Assembly (NCBI GenBank): GCA_013265495.1
Contig: MU057700.1
Location: 558,001-588,310, forward strand
Reading direction: 5' to 3'
DNA length: 30,310 bases
From: Vicugna vicugna
Lineage: Eukaryota
Positions 24,354-30,310 of the stretch are shown here, piece by piece (the stretch's first letter is position 1; the number at the start of each line of letters is the position of its first letter). The notes under the pieces were generated by a model. It saw only the letters and a program-made list of their open reading frames with translations. It had not been told where the DNA came from and did not search any database. The translations under genes were made by a program, and so were the position numbers.

Positions 24354-24694
24354 GTTCAGGGAGAGGGAGAGAGGGAGGAATGAATAAATGGAGTACAAGG
24401 GATTTTTAGGGCAATGAAATTATTCTGTATGATACTACAGTGGTGGCTACATGTCGTTATGCATTTGTCAAAACCCTCAGAATGTACATCAAGAATGAAC
24501 CCTAATGTGAACTATGGACTTTGTTTGATAATAATGTGTCCCTGTTGGTTCATCGATTGCACCAAATATGCCACACAGATGAGGGATGTAGGGGAGTATA
24601 TATGTGTGGGTGGGGAGGGCTATGTGTGTTTTCTTCACAGTTCTGCTGTGAACCTGAAACTGCTCTAAAAAATAGTCTATTAATTCAAAAAAAA
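24354..24694 (+). mobile_element. 5'-truncated second copy of the element-B 3' end
   Basis: Aligns to ~5995-6349; A tail at 24687-24694; TSD gtacattca at 24345-24353 and 24695-24703; inserted into a short antisense L1 tail remnant (24300-24725). Confidence 0.85.
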
Positions 24695-24727
24695 GTACAT
24701 TCAATGCCAGGTAGTGAACATTCGCTA

Positions 24728-24805
24728 TACAGTTTTGCAGAGAAGGAAATGGAGAACTAGGCAGGGAAACCTTGTCCCAGGGCTCCTAGTAGGGGGAGCA
24801 GAGCC
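24728..24805 (-). mobile_element. MIR fragment
   Basis: ttttgcagagaaggaaatggag...ttgtcccaggg...gcagagcc. Confidence 0.45.
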
Positions 24806-25297
24806 GTGCTGCTGGCAGCATCAGCACTCGCACAGGTACACGAGCTCCCTGAGGAGGGGCCAGCTCCCGAGGCTGCCAAGTGCGAGGCCTGCAGGGATTT
24901 GCATGTGGGCAGGGCAAGGGGCCAAAGACAAGCAAGAACAACAATCTGCCAGTTCCCTATTGAAAAGCCTCTCTCGGCTTCCTGCCTTCTCCAGGAGAAA
25001 GTCTTACCTCCTCAGTCTGGCACCCAGGGCCCCTCAGACTGACTCTTCTAAAAGCATCCACCAGGTCAACACTTGCTCCAAACCCTAAGTCCCTGCACTT
25101 AGAATGGAAGCCAAGCCATGCCTGTGTCCTCAGTAACTAATGGTACCTGGTACCTAAATGGGGCATGTTGTGGACACACTGACATACATCACATGTTCAT
25201 GGGTGGATGGGGGGAGATAGGTAAAGATACTCTAGTGAAGGGCTTATGGTTATCCTTTAAAAGTTTATTAATTATTATTTAAAAGTTTATAAGTATT

Positions 25298-25573
25298 CAG
25301 GGGAAAGGGGGTGGAAAGAGATAAATTTGAGAACTTGACACTTGCAAATGTTAACCACTATATATAGAAATAGATTAAAAAAAACAAATTTCTTCTGTAT
25401 AGCACAGGAAACTATATTCAATATCTTGTAACAACCTTTAATGAAAAAGAATATGAAAACAAGTAATGTACATATATGCATGACTGGGACACTGTGCTGT
25501 ATACCAGAGACTAACACGTTGTAACTGACTATACTTCAGTAAAAAAAAAATAAATTAAATAAATAAATAAATC
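25298..25573 (+). mobile_element. Younger L1 3'UTR, 5'-truncated, with A-rich tail
   Basis: Homologous to 12675-12915 (ctgtatagcacag, aactatattcaatatcttg); tail a10 + (taaa)n; flanked by aaagtttat(t)aattattat. Confidence 0.9.
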
Positions 25574-26833
25574 AAAGTTTATAATTATTATCTGAAATTT
25601 CATATCTGTTACTATCTTGTCATCTGTCAAACCCACACTTAGAAAAGGTAGATGCAATATGAAACCTTGTGTATCGCGGAGGGAAAGAGAATGCTGACTG
25701 TGTGTGTGAGACAGAGAGAGGACTGATCAGGGCTGGGGGCACAGGCTGGCTCAGGCCAGACTCCTGGCTCCCCCAGGACCTGCTCCTGGATGCACTCAGC
25801 CTGGTGCTGCCCACGTCCAACACTTCCAACTCGGAGCTTCCTCAGCCAAGGGGAAGTGGAAGGGGGTGGGGTAGGTGGGCGGAGTGTCACTTCTAATTTC
25901 CTTTGACCAGCTCAAGAAGAAACAGAGCTCGGGTTTCTGAGAGGCTCATAATTAAATGAATTAAAATGTTTTCCTTCACGGTGACTTTGCCAACTCCCGT
26001 CCACCTCTCCCTGGCCCCGTTCCCAGCGAGTGCACAGAGCCTGGGAGGACGGAGAATGACATGTTGTGAGCTTCCAGAGCAATTAGCTGGTGCATCGTCA
26101 TTTTGGGGAGAGATTTATGGCTGGCTTTTGGAGCATTCCAGCCCAGACCTCTGTAGCCAGATCCGTCTGCTGGGGAGGTTCCTGGAAGTGGAGTCTCAAT
26201 ATTAATTCCAATTACAGTCAGATGAGAGCCCATTCATAAGAATTGCCTTCGACAGGCTCCTCTCCTGCCACTCTGGCCTGACCTTGAGCCACCATTGCTG
26301 TCGCCAGCCGTAGAGAGGGAGGAAACTGTCCTGGACCCAGCTCCGGGCTTCCCGGCAAGCTCAGGAGGCAGGCCATGGGTGTGCAGGACTTTGAAGGAGA
26401 GAAAGCACGAGGAGGAAGAATATGAAGGATGTGACATCTCAGCATTTTTAGTCGGAGTACCACCCTAGTACCCCCCTGGATTCTTCTGGAAGGGTGGCAA
26501 TGCAGGGGGCACTGCCTGTGATCTGAGATCTCCCAGACCCTGGGACCACCCTTGGACCTGGTTTTCTGAAACAGACAATCTAGTCCCAGGACAGGGACCC
26601 AATCCTGGAAGGACCCAGAAGGCACTGCAGCCACAGCCTCCAAAGGGGCAGCAGGCGGGCGCTGGGGACAGAGCCTCTGCTCTGACCATCCATGTTTGCT
26701 GGCTGAGCTCCACCCTCGAAGGGTCCCGGGTGAGCAGGCCTGCCTGTGACTGACAGGTGCTCATTATCACATCTGAAGATAGATGTTCCTCATGGTACAG
26801 AGACCCCAAGGACTAAATATAAACCCAAGGAAG

Positions 26834-26988
26834 CAATTACCCGAGTATTGATTATGGATTACGCTAACGACATTACTAATTACATCTCGAGATGTGTATC
26901 CACTGCACCAGCCTGTTAATGGCTTGCCTGAGGTATTAAGGCTGCTAATTGGGAAAAACAGTGGGTTTCTCACCAGCTGTAATTACGG
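26834..26988. promoter_or_regulatory. Candidate homeodomain-site cluster (enhancer-like)
   Basis: About nine TAAT/ATTA cores in ~155 bp of non-repeat DNA, with retained CpGs, inside GC-rich flanks. Confidence 0.4.
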
Positions 26989-27599
26989 GGTCCCTGGAGA
27001 AAGAAGATGGCCAAGGCATGCAGCCTTCCTATCCATGACCCCAGTTTTCCAAGTACCCCTGGTGGCAGAGGTCTCGAGCGAGGGCTGTGTCCATCACCCA
27101 AGACTGAAGTGAGTGCCCAGGTCAGCCAGTGAGTGAGGAAGTGTGGCAGGGGCCCTGCCTCCCTTGCAATCCTGGTGGCTCACAGTGGTCAGGGACTGGG
27201 CCCCTCCCTCCAGGACAGGAAAGTGGGGAAAGCTTTGGGTCCGTCCACCCATGGGGTTTTCTTATACATCTGTCTCTGCTGGGACCGCTTCTCCCCTCTC
27301 CCCTCCGCATCCCTACCTGTGCCTTTACTTGCCTTTCGGTTTCTGCATAGGGTCACTTCTGGAGCTTCCTCCGTGCTCCTCTGACTAGGCCAAGCCTCTA
27401 TCCTCTCAGAGGGCACTTCCTAGGATAAGAGCTGGGACTATCCTCCTCTCCCCAGACCATAAGCTCAGTAAATGGTGACTAAACAGATCTGAATGGATAA
27501 GAGTTAGGGGACCATGCATAGTTCTAGTTATGTGTATGTGTACTTTTAAAAAAAATTTCTGAACATTCTATATATTTGTAATATTCTAAGGTCCTATTT

Positions 27600-27850
27600 T
27601 TGAATAAGATACTTTCCTCATTATATTTTCTTTTATGTTACTGCATTTTACTTACTCAAGGAATCCATGATTATATTTTTTGTTAAAAACTCAGACCTTT
27701 CAGATAAAGTTAAATCCCCTTTTTGCCATTTATCTGCAACCCCAGAGGGGGCAAGGTGTAGGTAGGTGTGGATGCCTCTAGACCTTTTTCTGCACCTGTG
27801 CATACACATTTGTATCCACAGATACACAGAATGTTGTTCTGCATGCCCGT
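27600..27850 (-). mobile_element. L1ME-like 3' fragment, highly diverged
   Basis: AT-rich patch with ccccagaggg...ctagacctttttct...catacacatttgtat typical of antisense L1ME tails. Confidence 0.45.
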
Positions 27851-28164
27851 GGGTGTGTGTGCATGTCTCTCATTCCATGTGCAGAACCAGAGCATGAGAG
27901 AAACAGCAGGAGGCCAATCTAAGCTCATCATAAACAGTTTTATTGACCATCTTGATAAAGGATGAGAAATGACAGCTCTGGATCATCATTAAACATAATG
28001 TGGCCTGTGACTTATATTCCCAGTTGGTGCAGCTGATTCAGGGACTGCTACACAACACTGCTAACAGTTACCATTTTTCCCCTCCTGGGACATGCATTGG
28101 GGTGTTGGGAAGCACACTGGGGGCACTGGGATCACAGGCTCCTTACCCTCCCACCCATCTCCTC

Positions 28165-28260
28165 CCCCACTGCAGCTCAGTTTACTGAGTGGCACCAAAA
28201 CCAGGCCTGGCATACCCATAGGTGCTCAGCGAATACTTGCCAAGGGCATGGGATGAATCC
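28165..28260 (+). mobile_element. LINE-2 3' end
   Basis: ggcctggcatacccataggtgctcagcgaatacttg...gatgaat. Confidence 0.55.
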
Positions 28261-29869
28261 AGGGGGACCCTTGGGAGAACAAGCAGCCTCTAGCCAGTGG
28301 CACCAGTCAGGGCCCCGGTGTGCTTCATCGGATAAAAGAAGGTCTATTTGTAAAGGTAGGGGAGGTCAGAGAAGGTGTGAAGGGACAAAAGCAGGGCATG
28401 GTCATTGCTCTGGAGATGGGGCTTGACGGGAACTGGGCATTTGGTAGAGGATGCCACCACCCATGGCAACCTGGTGATGAGAGTCAGGAGAAGAAAAGGT
28501 CACTCTCTGCTACCTGTTGGTGCCTCCTAATGTCTGAGCCTAGTGGGAGCCAGAGGCCAGGGAGCCTGCAGCGGGACAGAGGTACAGGGACAATGTGTGG
28601 TACTCACTCCTTGGAGCCATCCATGGTGTAGGAGGAGGTGGAGGGCCGGCTCTGTCTCTGAGCACTCCACATGCCCCCTATGGCAGGAGCATGCCCTTCT
28701 GATGCCTGGCTCAGAGGTTTAGCCACAGCCAGAGCCTGAGTAAAAGCAGGGTCTCGGAGGGTTTCCTATCAGCCACCTCAAGGCTCCCACCAGTCCCACC
28801 GCACTCCAGCAGCAGTAGCAGATGGAGTGCGTACCTGGGCATCTGGCCAGGTGCAAGAGGGCTAGGAAACTGAAGCGTACTCCTGTTCCTCTACAGCTGA
28901 TGACCTCAACTGGTGACGTCATCGGGTTTGTCCTGCAGGTGGAGGGCTCCTGAAGTTCAAATAACTCACTGGGGAGGCGGGTGAAGGATGGCGTCAACTG
29001 TAGAGGCTGCGCCAGGAACGCTCCTGCTGGTGTGGAAGGGGCCCCGGCGGGAGGACAAAGCCTTGTGCAGCTGTCTGAGGTTGTGACCCCAGCTCTGAGC
29101 TCAGGAAGGGTTGTGCACAGCTGGGCTGCTTCTGAGTGTGTGACTGAGGTAGGGGGTGGGTACCAGGCCCCGGCATGTGGGACTGCATGGAAACTGCAGG
29201 TAACATGTAGCTAGCCCTCCCCAGGTGCATCCTTTCAACAGAAAGACTGTGAAGGCACTTCCCTTTTTCAAAGAGGGAGGACCCTACCCCGACCTCGGTT
29301 ATATTTGGGCTGGAGATCAGCCCCCACTTGTCTTCTGGTGCCTCCTTTCCACCTGCAGGCCGTTTCCTCCTCTGCTGCCTCCAACCTCTCCCCTCTACAC
29401 CATCTTCCATGCAGGGGTCTCTGGAACAAAAGTCCAGATGCCACTCAGAAACTATCCTTGCTCCCTCTGCCTCTGAATAAAGTGCAGAGCAGGTGTAAGG
29501 GAGCCGAGGAGAGAGCTGGCCCCCCCAGGTGGCTCAAAGGACTCAAGTGTGTCCCTCCACCTCCCGCTGAGACCCATGCGGCCAGGCCTGGGAAGCCAGA
29601 GGTGGTGGCCTCTTCCTTCCCTCGTTGTCCCCGCCAGTGCCCACAGCATCCTGCCGTCCAGTAAAGTTCAGCCCCAGGACCCCAACTTCTCATTACAGTC
29701 ACGGCTTCCCTGGCTTTCCCAAGGCCCTTTCTGAGATGCCACATTGGCCCTCATTTCCCTTTGCCTCAGGAACCCGACTGGTCACCTCTGCGCTTCCCAC
29801 AGAGAATAGACCAGGTCACCACCCAGGGTAGCACTGCTCCCCTGGGGAAGGCTCCTGTGTGGGGCCAGC

Positions 29870-30310
29870 AGGGGCCGACCTGCAGGGCGCCCAGCTGCGC
29901 GCTCAGGCCCAGAGAGCCCTGCCCAGGAGCGCGCGCGGTTCGGAGCAGAAACCCACATCTGCAAGCAACCGCGCCAGGCTGAGCGCGCCGCGGGGCGTCT
30001 CTCGGCAGGGTGGAGGCCCAGCATCAAGGCCCCAGGGCAGCATGTGGACCTGAAAGGCAACCGTGCCGAGTATACTGCGAACAGCAATAGGGGTAGGATG
30101 AGTGAGGGGACCTTGGCTGAGCATCCGTCCAGGGCGCTTCGGTGAGCGATCCGCGCTATATTAAGATGACGGGAGCACTGCCTTTCCTCTCAGCTGTCCC
30201 CGCAGGACCCGCCTCCTCCTGGCAGGTTCCACCCAACGGCCACGCCCCCCACCCCGCAGGGCCCAGCCTCCCCACCTCACTAACCTGTCCTCGCACCTTT
30301 GGTGATGGAG
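29870..30310. promoter_or_regulatory. CpG-rich region, possible edge of a CpG island or promoter
   Basis: Dense CpGs (gcgcgcgcgg, gcgcgccgcggggcg) compared with the rest of the window; TATA-like tatattaa at 30157-30164. Confidence 0.45.

Noticed and set aside
25620..30124. ORFs in the right-hand GC-rich region
   Set aside because: Same pattern of chance ORFs; no recognisable protein or consistent exon chain.
1..30310. CRISPR array, operon or other prokaryotic system
   Set aside because: Sequence is mammalian; no regularly spaced repeats or dense coding structure.

Overview
Mammalian genomic DNA, most likely a camelid (a tRNA-derived SINE resembling camelid Vic-1, plus artiodactyl-type L1s). 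No intact protein-coding gene is supportable; the ORF track is mostly broken L1 ORF1/ORF2 pieces or chance ORFs. Bases 1-14400 are a four-layer nest of retrotransposons: an old L1MB-type element holds a full-length but dead younger L1 (3029-12930), whose 5'UTR holds a SINE, whose A-rich middle holds a ~3.06 kb ORF1-only chimeric element (3291-6349). That element combines an L1 5'UTR + ORF1, scrambled antisense ORF2 scraps and an L1MC-like 3' end. A second, 5'-truncated copy of the same 3' end (~90% identical by my hand count) sits at 24354-24694 with its own target-site duplication (TSD) and A tail, so this looks like a non-autonomous half-L1 (HAL1-type) family that re-mobilised an ancient L1 tail. 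The right half is GC-rich unique DNA with MIR/L2 relics, an AT-rich block with candidate minus-strand exons, antisense L1s, a TSD-flanked 420 bp non-repeat retro-insertion, candidate enhancers and a CpG-rich end. Repeat subfamily names are from memory of consensus sequences, not from a database search.
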